Shown here piece by piece: positions 55,335 to 64,000 of a stretch of DNA of 64,000 bases (the first letter of the stretch is position 1; the number at the start of each line of letters is the position of its first letter). The stretch is from Anaerolineales bacterium. Lineage in GTDB: Bacteria > Chloroflexota > Anaerolineae > Anaerolineales > UBA11579. A program made the translations under genes and the position numbers. Below the pieces are notes generated by a model that was not told the DNA's origin, made no database searches, and worked only from the letters and a program-made list of their open reading frames with translations. The DNA is taken from NCBI GenBank assembly GCA_035291465.1, contig DATDRZ010000085.1, positions 20,927 through 84,926 on the forward strand. The letters run 5' to 3'.

Positions 55335-55640
55335 CATCTGCCCAGAGAGCCGGATGATGTGGTGAAAGTCCGGTAGAGGTCTGCAGAACTACTGAGCAAA
55401 GCACTCAGTTTGGGCCTAACTCGCCTGCCGCTTCCAGTGGAAGCAGGCTCCGCGGCTGAACTGCATGCTTCGCATGCTTGAGTAAGCCGCGGCGGAGGTC
55501 GCCCGTTAGCGCAATCAAAGAGGTTTACATTTCAGGCAATGTTTTGTGAAACAGAACTTTGCCGAAATGTTGAACAATGCGGGTGGTACCGCGGGAGTCA
55601 CACTCTCGTCCCGGTGAGGGATTGGAGTGTTTTTGTTTAA
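55335..55640 (+). promoter_or_regulatory. T-box riboswitch leader of leuS (leucine specifier)
   Basis: AGAGAG bulge (55344-55349) with a distal-loop GGTGAAA. The candidate specifier region GAACUACUGA (55386-55395) contains CUA and CUG, both Leu codons. Conserved T-box sequence AATGCGGGTGGTACCGCG (55576-55593). A terminator hairpin at ~55598-55630 is followed by TTTTTGTTT. Confidence 0.8.
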
Positions 55641-55659
55641 GCAGACCCATCCCCGGCTG

Positions 55660-55696
55660 CCCTCGTCGCCGCGAGCGGCTCGTCGGGACAGGCTCT
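55660..55696. repeat. Copy of the CCCTCGTCGCCGC(A)GAGCGGCTCG(C)TCGGGACAGGCTCT block between the T-box terminator and the leuS start
   Basis: CCCTCGTCGCCGCGAGCGGCTCGTCGGGACAGGCTCT differs from 55097-55135 only by two 1-nt indels. Confidence 0.65.
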
Positions 55697-55781
55697 TGCC
55701 CTTGGAAAAGGGAGGAGTGCCTTGCAATCGAAGAGCAATTGCTTAAGCAGCTGGGTAGAGGTTAGCTCTTAGGAGAAGAGA

Positions 55782-58229
55782 ATGGCAGACAAATACAATC
55801 CTGCAGACATCGAGCCCAAATGGCAACAGCGCTGGGAGGCGGATGGTCTTTACCATTCCGATATCGATCCCAAGCGGCCCAAATATTACGCGCTGACCAT
55901 GCTTCCTTACCCCTCCGGGGATCTGCACATGGGGCACTGGTACACCATGGCGCCTGCTGATGCGCAAGCACGGCAAATGCGCATGCGCGGTTACAACGTG
56001 CTCTTCCCCATGGGCTTCGACGCCTTCGGCCTGCCGGCGGAGAATGCTGCCATCAAGCGCAATATCCACCCCAAGGAATGGACCTACTCGAACATCGCTA
56101 ATATGCGCCAGCAATTGCGCAGCATGGGTGCCATGTTCGACTGGCGGCGCGAAGCGATTTCGTCTGATCCTGAGTATTACCGCTGGACACAATGGCTGTT
56201 CCTGCAGCTTTACAAAAAGGGCCTCGCTTATCGAAAGATGGCTGCGGTGGATTGGTGCCCCAAAGACAACACTACTCTGGCTCGCGAACAGGTGGTGGGA
56301 GAGAACCGCGTGTGCGAACGCTGCGGCACTCCGGTGATCAAAAAGAACCTGGAGCAATGGTTTTTCCGCATCACCAACTATGCCGATCAACTGCTGAATT
56401 TCGATGGCATCGATTGGCCCGAAAAGATACGTACTCTGCAGACGAACTGGATCGGCCGCTCCGAAGGCGCCAACGTCATATTTAGGACTGAAGGCGGGGA
56501 TGAGTTCTCCATCTTTACGACGCGGCCAGACACTTTGTGGGGGGCAACGTTTGTGGTGCTGGCGCCCGAGCATCCGCTGGTGGCCAAAGTAACCGCCAAA
56601 AATCACAAGGCCGCGGTGGAAGCCTACGTGGCAGAATCCACGCGGCGAACTGATATCGAGCGCGAATCCACCGAGCGCGAGAAAACCGGCGTGTTCACCG
56701 GCGGTTATGCAATCAATCCGGTGAATGGCGAGCGGGTACCAATCTGGATCGCGGATTACGTGCTGATGACCTATGGCACCGGCGCCATCATGGCGGTGCC
56801 GGCGCACGATGAGCGCGACTTTGAGTTTGCGCGCAAATACGGCCTGGAGGTGCGCCCTGTGATCCAACCGCCAGACAGCGAGCCATTGGATGGCAACACC
56901 ATGAAGGAGGCGACCGCCCATTTTGGCGAGATGATCAACAGTGGACCGCTGACAGGTACCAACGCCGACGAGGGAGTGAAGAAGACCATCGCGTACTTGG
57001 AAAAGAACAAGATTGGCGAAGGCGCGGTGGGGTACCGCATCCGCGATTGGTTGATCTCGCGCCAGCGCTACTGGGGCGCGCCTATCCCCATGGTCTATTG
57101 CAAGACCTGCGGCGTGCAGCCAGTGCCTGATGACCAACTACCGGTGCTGCTGCCGGACGACGTGGAATGGAAACCGACGGGTGAAAGCCCGTTGAAACTG
57201 CATCCCAGCTGGAAGCAGACTATCTGCCCTAATTGCAACGAGCCCGCCGAGCGCGACACCGACACCATGGATACTTTCATGTGCTCGTCTTGGTATTTCC
57301 TGCGCTATCTGAGCCCGCACTATGAGAAGGCGCTATTCGATCCAAAGGAGTATGACTACTGGATGCCAATCGATGTGTACACCGGCGGTGCCGAGCACGC
57401 GGTGATGCATCTGCTATACGTGCGCTTCTTTTGGAAGGCGTTGCGCGATCTCGGCATCGTGGAAGGGCATGAGCCCATGTTGAAGCTGCGCAACCAGGGT
57501 CAGATCCTCAGTACAGATCATCAACGTATGAGCAAATCCCGCGGAAACGTGGTCGACCCGGATGAACTGGTGCGGCAGTATGGCGCCGATACGGTGCGCG
57601 CCTACCTGATGTTTGCCTATCGTTGGTCCGAAGGCGGACCGTGGAGCGACGAGAATATCCAGGGCGTGGTGCGCTGGTTGTATCGTGTTTGGGATCTGTT
57701 TACAGGCAAGGAAGAAGGCGGAAGGATGAGGGATAAGGACGTTGGGCGTTCTCTTCGGCGAAAGGTCCATCAAACCATCAAGCGAGTCACGACCGATATC
57801 AACGAGTTCGAGTTCAACACTATCGTCTCAGCGCTGATGGAGTTGACCAATGCAATATTGGAAGCCAAAGATGCCGGCGCTGTTGGCAGTCCGGAGTGGG
57901 TAGAAGCTCAGGATGTCCTGTTGCGTCTGATAGCGCCCGTGACCCCACACATCGCAGAGGAACTATGGACACGCATTGGGAAGCCCTATTCGGTGCACCT
58001 GCAGCCCTGGCCCGAGGCCAATGACGAGGCCGCCAAGGAGGATGAGATTACACTAGTGGTGCAGGTGAATGGGAAGTTACGCGATCGCATCACCGTTCCG
58101 GCGGGCATCAGTGATACCGAGGCGGAGAAGCGGGCGCTGGCATCTGAGGCGGTTCAGAGGCAATTGGATGGAAAGAAACCCAGGCAAGTCATCGTGGTGA
58201 AAGGGAAGCTTGTAAATATCGTCGTGTAA
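55782..58229 (+). CDS. leuS: Leucine--tRNA ligase
   Basis: 815 aa with a HIGH-type motif (DLHMGH), a KMSKS-type motif (RMSKSRGN) and a CP1 editing-domain length. Confidence 0.95.
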   Translation: MADKYNPADIEPKWQQRWEADGLYHSDIDPKRPKYYALTMLPYPSGDLHMGHWYTMAPADAQARQMRMRGYNVLFPMGFDAFGLPAENAAIKRNIHPKEWTYSNIANMRQQLRSMGAMFDWRREAISSDPEYYRWTQWLFLQLYKKGLAYRKMAAVDWCPKDNTTLAREQVVGENRVCERCGTPVIKKNLEQWFFRITNYADQLLNFDGIDWPEKIRTLQTNWIGRSEGANVIFRTEGGDEFSIFTTRPDTLWGATFVVLAPEHPLVAKVTAKNHKAAVEAYVAESTRRTDIERESTEREKTGVFTGGYAINPVNGERVPIWIADYVLMTYGTGAIMAVPAHDERDFEFARKYGLEVRPVIQPPDSEPLDGNTMKEATAHFGEMINSGPLTGTNADEGVKKTIAYLEKNKIGEGAVGYRIRDWLISRQRYWGAPIPMVYCKTCGVQPVPDDQLPVLLPDDVEWKPTGESPLKLHPSWKQTICPNCNEPAERDTDTMDTFMCSSWYFLRYLSPHYEKALFDPKEYDYWMPIDVYTGGAEHAVMHLLYVRFFWKALRDLGIVEGHEPMLKLRNQGQILSTDHQRMSKSRGNVVDPDELVRQYGADTVRAYLMFAYRWSEGGPWSDENIQGVVRWLYRVWDLFTGKEEGGRMRDKDVGRSLRRKVHQTIKRVTTDINEFEFNTIVSALMELTNAILEAKDAGAVGSPEWVEAQDVLLRLIAPVTPHIAEELWTRIGKPYSVHLQPWPEANDEAAKEDEITLVVQVNGKLRDRITVPAGISDTEAEKRALASEAVQRQLDGKKPRQVIVVKGKLVNIVV

Positions 58230-58231
58230 CC

Positions 58232-58263
58232 AAAACGGCGGCGTTATCGCCGCCGTTTTGTTG
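58232..58263 (+). terminator. Rho-independent terminator after leuS
   Basis: AAAACGGCGGCG-TTAT-CGCCGCCGTTTT followed by GTTG. Confidence 0.8.
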
Positions 58264-58536
58264 AAATTAATAGGCTCCCTCGTTATCTGGTCATGGTCAT
58301 TTCACCCTGCGCTTTAAACCACGCCTAGTAATCGCAAAAGAAGAACAATTAACGCGATCGTGGGCGAGATCAGCAACAGGATGATCAAAAGGATTAGGAA
58401 CTCTGCACTCATGAAATAAAGAACGAAAAAATTTGTTTTTTGTAACGCTCTTTCCAACCTTGCGAAGGCTGGACTTGTGAACAAGATTGATTCCAAGTCG
58501 AACCTTCGCAAGGCTTGTCATAAAAAGCCGCATTAT

Positions 58537-58573
58537 ATATTCCTTGACAGGAATATTCCTTTTGGGGTATATT
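58537..58573 (+). promoter_or_regulatory. ArsR-family gene promoter with overlapping palindromic operator; probably a leaderless transcript
   Basis: TTGACA (58544-58549), 18 nt, TATATT (58568-58573); the ATG at 58580 is 7 nt downstream of the -10. Perfect 12-bp palindrome AGGAATATTCCT (58549-58560), nested with ATATTCCT-TGAC-AGGAATAT (58537-58556). Confidence 0.6.
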
Positions 58574-58579
58574 AGAGGC

Positions 58580-58936
58580 ATGGACCCCGCAACTTTGGCC
58601 GCCCTGGCCGAACCCAATCGCCTGAAGATCGTTGAGTTCTTGCGCGACAAGCCGCGACCCGTCGGCGAAATCGCGGCCCGATTGCGGATTCGGCAGCCGC
58701 AGGTTTCCAAACATCTGCGCGTGCTGGCGGAGGCCGGAATCGTGGATATGCGACCGGCGGCCCAGCAGCGCCTGTACTATTTACAGCCCAAGCCGTTTCA
58801 GGAACTGGATAGGTGGCTGGATACATTCCGCCCGACCTGGGAAGCAAGGCTCGATACGCTTGAGGCCTTTTTGCAGGAGATGCAAGGCAAAGCCAAGAAG
58901 CCTGGAAGTCCCGAAGTCAGGAGATCAAAGACATAG
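58580..58936 (+). CDS. ArsR/SmtB family transcriptional regulator
   Basis: The start at ATG 58580 is preferred. LAEPNRLKIVEFL...VGEIAARLRIRQPQVSKHLRVLAEAGIV wHTH. Confidence 0.85.
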   Translation: MDPATLAALAEPNRLKIVEFLRDKPRPVGEIAARLRIRQPQVSKHLRVLAEAGIVDMRPAAQQRLYYLQPKPFQELDRWLDTFRPTWEARLDTLEAFLQEMQGKAKKPGSPEVRRSKT

Positions 58937-58994
58937 ACTTCGGACTTCCTGACCTCTGGACGTCTTGCCAACAAAGATTCGCCAAAGGAAAAAT

Positions 58995-59498
58995 ATGACA
59001 GACCAACAACCGATCAAGGAAGACATTGTTGTGAAACGAATCATTGATGCGCCGGTCGAATTGGTGTGGAAAGCCTGGACTGATCCCGAGTATGTGATGC
59101 GCTGGTGGGGGCCTTCACATTACACGTCGCCGTCTTGCAGGATCGATCTGCGCGAAGGAGGACAATTCCTGTTCCACATGAAGGCGCCTGAGAACCAGGG
59201 CGGCCTCGAACACTACTCTGTTGGCGTATATCACAAGATCGTTCCGCACAAGCTCCTGGAGTTCACGCAGAGCTTGGCCGATAAAGACGGCAACAAAGTC
59301 GACCCCACATCGGTGGGCATGCCGCCTGATTTCCCGCACGAGATCCATACAGAGATCACCTTTCACGCCATCCGCCCGGATATGACCGAACTGACCATCA
59401 TCGAGCGCGACTGGACCATGGGGCAGATGGCGGTGTATTCGTATGCCGGTATGCAGCAATCGATCGACAAACTGGCTGATAGCCTCAGGAATCAGTGA
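58995..59498 (+). CDS. SRPBCC (AHSA1/START-like) domain protein
   Basis: The start at ATG 58995 is preferred. RIIDAPVELVWKAWTDPEYVMRWWGP is typical of Aha1-domain SRPBCC proteins, which are commonly paired with ArsR regulators. Confidence 0.75.
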   Translation: MTDQQPIKEDIVVKRIIDAPVELVWKAWTDPEYVMRWWGPSHYTSPSCRIDLREGGQFLFHMKAPENQGGLEHYSVGVYHKIVPHKLLEFTQSLADKDGNKVDPTSVGMPPDFPHEIHTEITFHAIRPDMTELTIIERDWTMGQMAVYSYAGMQQSIDKLADSLRNQ

Positions 59499-59574
59499 AC
59501 AGTAATCCGTAATCAGGAAAAACCTTGATCACTGTCCCTGGATTACTGATTACCTTTGACTAAGGGAGAAAAAC

Positions 59575-60051
59575 ATGAGCAAAGTAACACCATTTCTGAC
59601 GTTTGATGGACGCGCCGCCGAGGCCGTGGAACTGTATTGTTCTCTGATCAAGAACTCTAAGGTCCACAACATCCAGCGCTGGGGGCCTGGCGGCCCGGTG
59701 AAAGAGGGCAGCGTTATCAGCGCGAGCTTTGAGCTCGATGGCCAGCCATTCATGGCCATGGATGTCGACGGCGGCTTCCCGCAGGGGGACGGGTTTTCTA
59801 TCTACGTGGATTGCAAAGACCAGTCCGAGGTCGACCGTTTGTGGGCAGGCCTGCTGGCCGGCGGCGGCAAGGAGACGGCGTGCGGCTGGCTGGTGGATCG
59901 CTTTGGGCTTTCGTGGCAGATCATCCCCAAGGCACTCCCCGAGTATCTCAACATGCCGGACAACCCCAAGAAGCGCGCCGTCCTCGATGCTATGCTGAAG
60001 ATGAAGAAGATCATTGTGAAGGATCTGGATGCCGCCTACGAGAACGCATAA
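59575..60051 (+). CDS. VOC-superfamily protein (PhnB / 3-demethylubiquinone-9 methyltransferase-domain-like)
   Basis: 158 aa with VTPFLTFDGRAAEAVELY and CGWLVDRFGLSWQI. Confidence 0.7.
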   Translation: MSKVTPFLTFDGRAAEAVELYCSLIKNSKVHNIQRWGPGGPVKEGSVISASFELDGQPFMAMDVDGGFPQGDGFSIYVDCKDQSEVDRLWAGLLAGGGKETACGWLVDRFGLSWQIIPKALPEYLNMPDNPKKRAVLDAMLKMKKIIVKDLDAAYENA

Positions 60052-60075
60052 ACCCAACTCAAGATTGGAGAACGA

Positions 60076-60654
60076 ATGACCAAAGTTGTTTATGATATCA
60101 GCATCTCCCTGGATGGATACATCAACGCCCGGAACCCGCGGCTTGAAGCAGGATTGGGTGATGGTGGTGAACGTTTGCACGATTGGGCGTTCGCCAGTGA
60201 AGACCCACACAACAAAGAGTTGGTTTCGCACTTTCCGAACATCGGCGCGATGATCGCTGGCCGATTCACATATGACCTTTCGATCCAGTACTGGGGGCCG
60301 AATGGTCCCACGGGACAAGCGCGAGTGCCAACAGTCGTGGTTACCCATGCCGCCCCGAAAGAAGTTCCCGAAAACCATGTGTACTCATTTGTGGAAAGCA
60401 TTGAAGAGGCTGCGAAAAAGGCCAGGCAAATTGCTGGAACTAAAGATATAGCAGTAATGGGCGGAAAGAGTATCGGTAGCCAGTTCCTGCAAGCCGGGTT
60501 ACTGGATGAGGTTTCTGTCCATCTGGTTCCGGTGTTGTTTGGCGGCGGAACGCGCTTGTTCGATGAGTTCGACGGAGAACACGTTCAGTTGGAAAGCATC
60601 GACGTCGTGAATACCAAAGAAGCCCTGCATTTGCGCTTTCGAGTGGTCAAGTAG
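60076..60654 (+). CDS. Dihydrofolate-reductase-like (RibD C-terminal domain) family protein
   Basis: 192 aa. The ISISLDGYI N-terminus, and VMGG...LLDEV...VPVLFGGG, are typical of the RibD_C family. Confidence 0.7.
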   Translation: MTKVVYDISISLDGYINARNPRLEAGLGDGGERLHDWAFASEDPHNKELVSHFPNIGAMIAGRFTYDLSIQYWGPNGPTGQARVPTVVVTHAAPKEVPENHVYSFVESIEEAAKKARQIAGTKDIAVMGGKSIGSQFLQAGLLDEVSVHLVPVLFGGGTRLFDEFDGEHVQLESIDVVNTKEALHLRFRVVK

Positions 60655-60760
60655 GATGCTCCTCACCCCGGCGGCTTCGCCGCCACCTCTCTCCTGCGTT
60701 AGCAGGAGAGAGGGATTAGCTTTGAGACAGCCGCTGAAATCGAGCTAAACGTTCCTCGCA

Positions 60761-61471
60761 ATGACCAAAACAACAAAACTTACTGCCATTGAATTCTTGA
60801 AGCGCCTGAAAGCAAAGGCTTCTTCATCCGAGCGCAAGAAATACGAGCGCTACTTCCCTGATTCCTATAAGGAATTCATCGGGGTGCGCATGGGCATGGT
60901 GTTCGCGCTGGCCAAAGATTTCATCGACATGCCGGTGGCGGAGATCGATAAGCTGCTGGAGAGCAAGGTGCATGAGGCGCGGGCTGGCGCCATGAGCATC
61001 ATGGGCAAGTCCGCGTCGGGCAAGAAGGTGACCCCGGAACGGTTGAAGGAACTGTACGATCTATATATTCGGCGGCATGACCGCATTAACACCTGGGATC
61101 TGGTTGACCTAGCTGCTTATCACGTGGTGGGACGATACCTGGAGGACAAACCGCGAAAGATCTTGTACCGGCTGGCCAAGTCCAAGGAATGGGCCGAGCG
61201 GCGCACCGCCATCGTGGCGACGGCGCACTTCATCCGCAGCGGCGAGGTGGAGGAAACTTACAAGATCGCCGAGCTCTTGTTCAAGGATCCAGAGGACCTG
61301 GTGCACAAGGGCGCGGGCTGGATGCTCCGTTATGCCGGTGATGTTGATCGCAAGCGATTGCTGGCCTGGTTGGACAAGCATGCTGCCAAGATGCCGCGGG
61401 TGATGTTAAGGTACACGATCGAGAAGCTGGATAAGAAGCAACGCGAGCGCTATCTCTCGATGGGCAAGTGA
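60761..61471 (+). CDS. DNA alkylation repair protein (AlkD-like HEAT-repeat family)
   Basis: 236 aa. The N-terminal KYERYFP...FIGVRMG and WDLVD segments are typical of PF08713-type proteins. Confidence 0.7.
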   Translation: MTKTTKLTAIEFLKRLKAKASSSERKKYERYFPDSYKEFIGVRMGMVFALAKDFIDMPVAEIDKLLESKVHEARAGAMSIMGKSASGKKVTPERLKELYDLYIRRHDRINTWDLVDLAAYHVVGRYLEDKPRKILYRLAKSKEWAERRTAIVATAHFIRSGEVEETYKIAELLFKDPEDLVHKGAGWMLRYAGDVDRKRLLAWLDKHAAKMPRVMLRYTIEKLDKKQRERYLSMGK

Positions 61472-61541
61472 CCTATGTCGCTGGTGTAATAGGTGTTTGT
61501 TGGAGTTTTCCCCCTTTCATAGAGGCTTTCGCGCCGATTTT

Positions 61542-63164
61542 TCAGGTCGCCCGTTCGAAGATCAGAATATCAGGATTGAGAAAGGAGCCCGAGATCGGCG
61601 GGATCCAGGGCGGCAGCCGGTAATGGAATTCACCAATCAGCACGTAATTGGTGTTGCCGTCCAGCAGGTTGGTGAAGAATTCGCATTCGATGGGGATGGC
61701 TTCGCACACAAATGGATCCTTGAACCGGTTAAAGGTAAAACTATCCACGACGAAGTAATCCGTCCCTCGCTCGTCAAGACCTGCCTCTCCCTGGTTGTAT
61801 TGGAGGCGCCCGCCCGTAGGAACCGTTTCTCCAGGGTATTTTATGAAATAGAGCGGATAGTTGTGTTGACGCGCGAAAGCGGTTTGGTTCATGTAGGGCG
61901 GATAAAAAGTGTGCTCCAAGGATCTTCCATCGGGTAATTGGGCGATGAACTCACCGGCCGCGATGCGCGCGTCGTTTTCGAACAACAGCATCACTCCAAT
62001 CACGCGCAGGAAGGAAAAGATCAGTAGGCCAGCCACGGCCAAGGTAAAGGCCCAGCTTCCCGCGGGTCTGGCTCGCTTTTCCAGCCAGTGAAACACAGTT
62101 TGGGCAAGCTGCGCGGCGAGCACGGCCAGCAAAGGCACCATAGGCAAGAAGAACCGGGCTTGATAGTTGTACGATAGCATGATGGGCAGATCGATGGCCA
62201 ATATAGCCATAGGGATCACCAATTTCGGCGCGGCTGCGCTGGCGGTTTCATCCTTGATCTGCCTGCCAGCCTCAACTACCGCATAGCCAAATGCAAGAGC
62301 TCCCAAGATCGCGAAGGGCACACCCAGTGCGGAGGTCAGCGTGCCCCATTGGCCGATCAGGCCGCGGACCGAATCGGGCTGGTAACCATAGGCGGCGTGG
62401 GCCAGGAAGTCGGGGACCATGCGCTTGAAATAGAAGGTCATCCAGGTTAGAGCTTTCGGGGTACCTGCGGCGTAACCCAAGAAGGTGAGGACGAGACCCA
62501 GGCCGAGTGTTTCAACCACGCGCAACCACTCGTGCTTCGATTTCCTGATGTCTCCCACAAGGAAGAATAGCACCAGCGGAAGCAACAGCAGGGAGATGCC
62601 GTTGTATTTGCTAGAGGCCGCGAGGCCTACCGTGAAGCAAGCTAAATAGAACCAACCACGCTGCGCAGTTTGCGCGTAGCGCAAGCTGGCCCAAACAGCA
62701 AGCAGGGTGAAGAAGGTAATGTAGATATCGTTGTGCGCGAAATGAGCATTCTGGGCCAGCAAGCTGCTAGTGAATACAAACAGGGCGGCGAGAGAGGCAA
62801 AAACGTTCGAAAGCCCGATCCGACGCGCCAGCACATATGTTAGTGCGACTATGCCGGCACCCAGCGCGGCGGAGATGAGCCGCGCCCACCAGGTTACCTC
62901 CGGGTCGCCGTATCCCAGTCCCAGCACCACCCTCCCAACTGCGAACATTGCGTACTTCGGCAGTGAGGGGTAGGTGAAATCATCCTCATCAAACAGGTAT
63001 TCGCCATGTAATGCCTTAATCACCTTTTGGATGATCTCATCCGGGTTCCATCCGCCACGGATGCCCCAGTCGATGCCGCGAGCAGTGAGTGCGACGAACG
63101 CAAGCCCAAGAAGCAGGGGGATGATCCAGCTTCTGGAGGAAAGGAAGTCGCGAATTTGCTTCAT
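61542..63164 (-). CDS. GT-C glycosyltransferase, family 39 (ArnT/PMT-like)
   Basis: 540 aa with about 11 TM segments. An acidic motif sits in the first periplasmic loop (WNPDEI) and the hydropathy layout is ArnT-like. Confidence 0.65.
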   Translation of the reverse strand: MKQIRDFLSSRSWIIPLLLGLAFVALTARGIDWGIRGGWNPDEIIQKVIKALHGEYLFDEDDFTYPSLPKYAMFAVGRVVLGLGYGDPEVTWWARLISAALGAGIVALTYVLARRIGLSNVFASLAALFVFTSSLLAQNAHFAHNDIYITFFTLLAVWASLRYAQTAQRGWFYLACFTVGLAASSKYNGISLLLLPLVLFFLVGDIRKSKHEWLRVVETLGLGLVLTFLGYAAGTPKALTWMTFYFKRMVPDFLAHAAYGYQPDSVRGLIGQWGTLTSALGVPFAILGALAFGYAVVEAGRQIKDETASAAAPKLVIPMAILAIDLPIMLSYNYQARFFLPMVPLLAVLAAQLAQTVFHWLEKRARPAGSWAFTLAVAGLLIFSFLRVIGVMLLFENDARIAAGEFIAQLPDGRSLEHTFYPPYMNQTAFARQHNYPLYFIKYPGETVPTGGRLQYNQGEAGLDERGTDYFVVDSFTFNRFKDPFVCEAIPIECEFFTNLLDGNTNYVLIGEFHYRLPPWIPPISGSFLNPDILIFERAT

Positions 63165-63178
63165 ATTTCAGGGAATTG

Positions 63179-64000
63179 CTATTCCCCTCCTATGCGATAA
63201 ATGACGCCAAATCTACCGGTGAACGTCGGAGTGAGAGAAACAACCTGCTGGATTAATTCCGGGGTCGGGAGGAACCCTTTGTAATCCAGGTCGCGTTTGA
63301 ACCAGATCAAAATGGCAGTTTCATCATCTTTCGGCCAAGAATCGGACTGCTGCAATGCCTGGGTGAAATCGTCGCAGGATTCATCTTTGCAGTGCGGAAT
63401 GGAATAGACGCGCTGGCGCGTGTAAAGCCAGGCGGCGGCTTCATTGTTGCTGAAAATGCGATCGCCGTCACCGAATTGCATAGTTTGCAGTGCAGCGAAA
63501 ATATCCGATTCGCGTAGGACTCCGGTGTTGTACACGTTGTAATCGCTGACATCTCCCTCTTTCCGCGATGATGAAACGTAATCGATCGCCTGAGTCAGGG
63601 GGAAGGCCAGCCACAACCCGAAGAAAGCGAAGAGGATATTGCGCCAGCCCGGCGTTAGCCTCGGCGCGAAGATTTGAGCGGTTAGCGCGATCAGCACAAG
63701 CAAAGCGGGCAGGATGATCACGTGGATACGCTGACTGCTCAGATAACGATGTTCGCTGTAGCTGATGGCGAAGATCAGCATGGCGCCGTAGACCGCAAAA
63801 AAGAGCGCAATGGGAAGGATGGCAGAACTCTGCAGGCGCTGGAACCAGTCCGCCCAGCGCTCACGCGTGGATAGAGAAATCAACACAAGCAAGGGGATTG
63901 CGACTATCAGGATTTGCAGCAAGCCCGGCCAGTTCGCAGGAAGAAACCAACTGGTAAATTTCTGTGCGGCAGAAATGATATTTCCCACCAAGTCTGCCTG
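63179..64000 (-). CDS. Polytopic membrane protein; N-terminus probably outside the window
   Basis: The track start at 63991 is a TTG, and the frame stays open to position 64000. There are several TM segments, then a soluble C-terminal part. Confidence 0.5.
   Translation of the reverse strand, partial: QADLVGNIISAAQKFTSWFLPANWPGLLQILIVAIPLLVLISLSTRERWADWFQRLQSSAILPIALFFAVYGAMLIFAISYSEHRYLSSQRIHVIILPALLVLIALTAQIFAPRLTPGWRNILFAFFGLWLAFPLTQAIDYVSSSRKEGDVSDYNVYNTGVLRESDIFAALQTMQFGDGDRIFSNNEAAAWLYTRQRVYSIPHCKDESCDDFTQALQQSDSWPKDDETAILIWFKRDLDYKGFLPTPELIQQVVSLTPTFTGRFGVIYRIGGE

Noticed and set aside
55091-55696. Possible CRISPR array, because of the repeated CCCTCGTCGCCGC...GGACAGGCTCT blocks
   Set aside because: There are only two copies about 560 nt apart, separated by a tRNA and a T-box leader. 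There is no regular repeat-spacer periodicity and there are no cas genes.
54788-55781. Genomic island or integrative element at the tRNA-Ala genes
   Set aside because: There is no integrase, excisionase or direct repeat of a tRNA 3' end. The flanking genes are housekeeping genes.
55743-57137. 464-aa minus-strand ORF
   Set aside because: It is entirely antisense to leuS, which has clear class-I synthetase motifs on the plus strand. The antisense product is Arg/His/Gly/Ala-rich, as expected from a GC-rich shadow frame.
58314-58412. 32-aa very hydrophobic ORF (MSAEFLILLIILLLISPTIALIVLLLRLLGVV), possible type-I-toxin-like peptide
   Set aside because: It has no Shine-Dalgarno sequence, no recognisable antitoxin RNA or promoter, and no evidence of conservation. 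It is noted but not called.
59560-60378. 272-aa minus-strand ORF
   Set aside because: It spans two well-supported plus-strand genes (VOC and RibD_C-like) and the gap between them. It is a shadow ORF.

Overview
This 64-kb window is chromosomal and rich in housekeeping genes. All calls come from reading the sequence and the ORF track; no database search or fold prediction was run. The organism looks Chloroflexota/Anaerolineae-like. That is an inference from HrcA/CIRCE heat-shock control, a T-box leader on leuS, a Gram-positive-type (Cheo) SOS box, the gene content and the families of short intergenic repeats.

Content:
- About 58 protein genes, most of them tightly packed.
- 3 tRNAs (Arg-CCG, Ala-CGC, Ala-GGC) and one T-box riboswitch.
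- Two perfect CIRCE operators and several rho-independent terminators.
- Recognisable blocks: a sulfate ABC operon headed by an Rrf2 regulator; a Fur-family regulator with an Opp/Dpp/Nik-type ABC importer; PFOR (nifJ); hrcA-grpE-dnaK-dnaJ; groES-groEL; gap; a MacB-type ABC operon with an AttH-like protein and a cupredoxin; RNase J; trmD, LOG and prmA; leuS; an ArsR-led stress/repair cluster; and glycosyltransferase/membrane genes.
- No CRISPR array, transposase, integrase or prophage genes were seen.

The stand-out locus is a three-gene minus-strand cassette at 25650-28939.
- Its TTGACA-17-TATCAT promoter carries a perfect GAAC-N4-GTTC LexA-type box in the spacer.
- It encodes a RecA/Rad51-fold protein without a P-loop, a small helical protein of unknown family, and an archaeal-type family-B DNA polymerase whose proofreading motifs appear destroyed.
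- I interpret it as a candidate SOS-inducible translesion/mutagenesis module, analogous in logic to imuA-imuB-dnaE2 but built around a PolB.

Secondary points:
- An EF-G paralog with degenerate GTPase motifs.
- A CysA ATPase fused to tandem USP domains.
- A perfect 14-bp palindromic operator at the Fur-family gene.
- Dispersed ~40-100-nt intergenic repeat families, with copies inside operons and between a T-box terminator and its start codon.
- A frameshifted remnant of a sensor-type membrane gene.
- A 50-codon basic ORF that falls below the ORF-track length cutoff.
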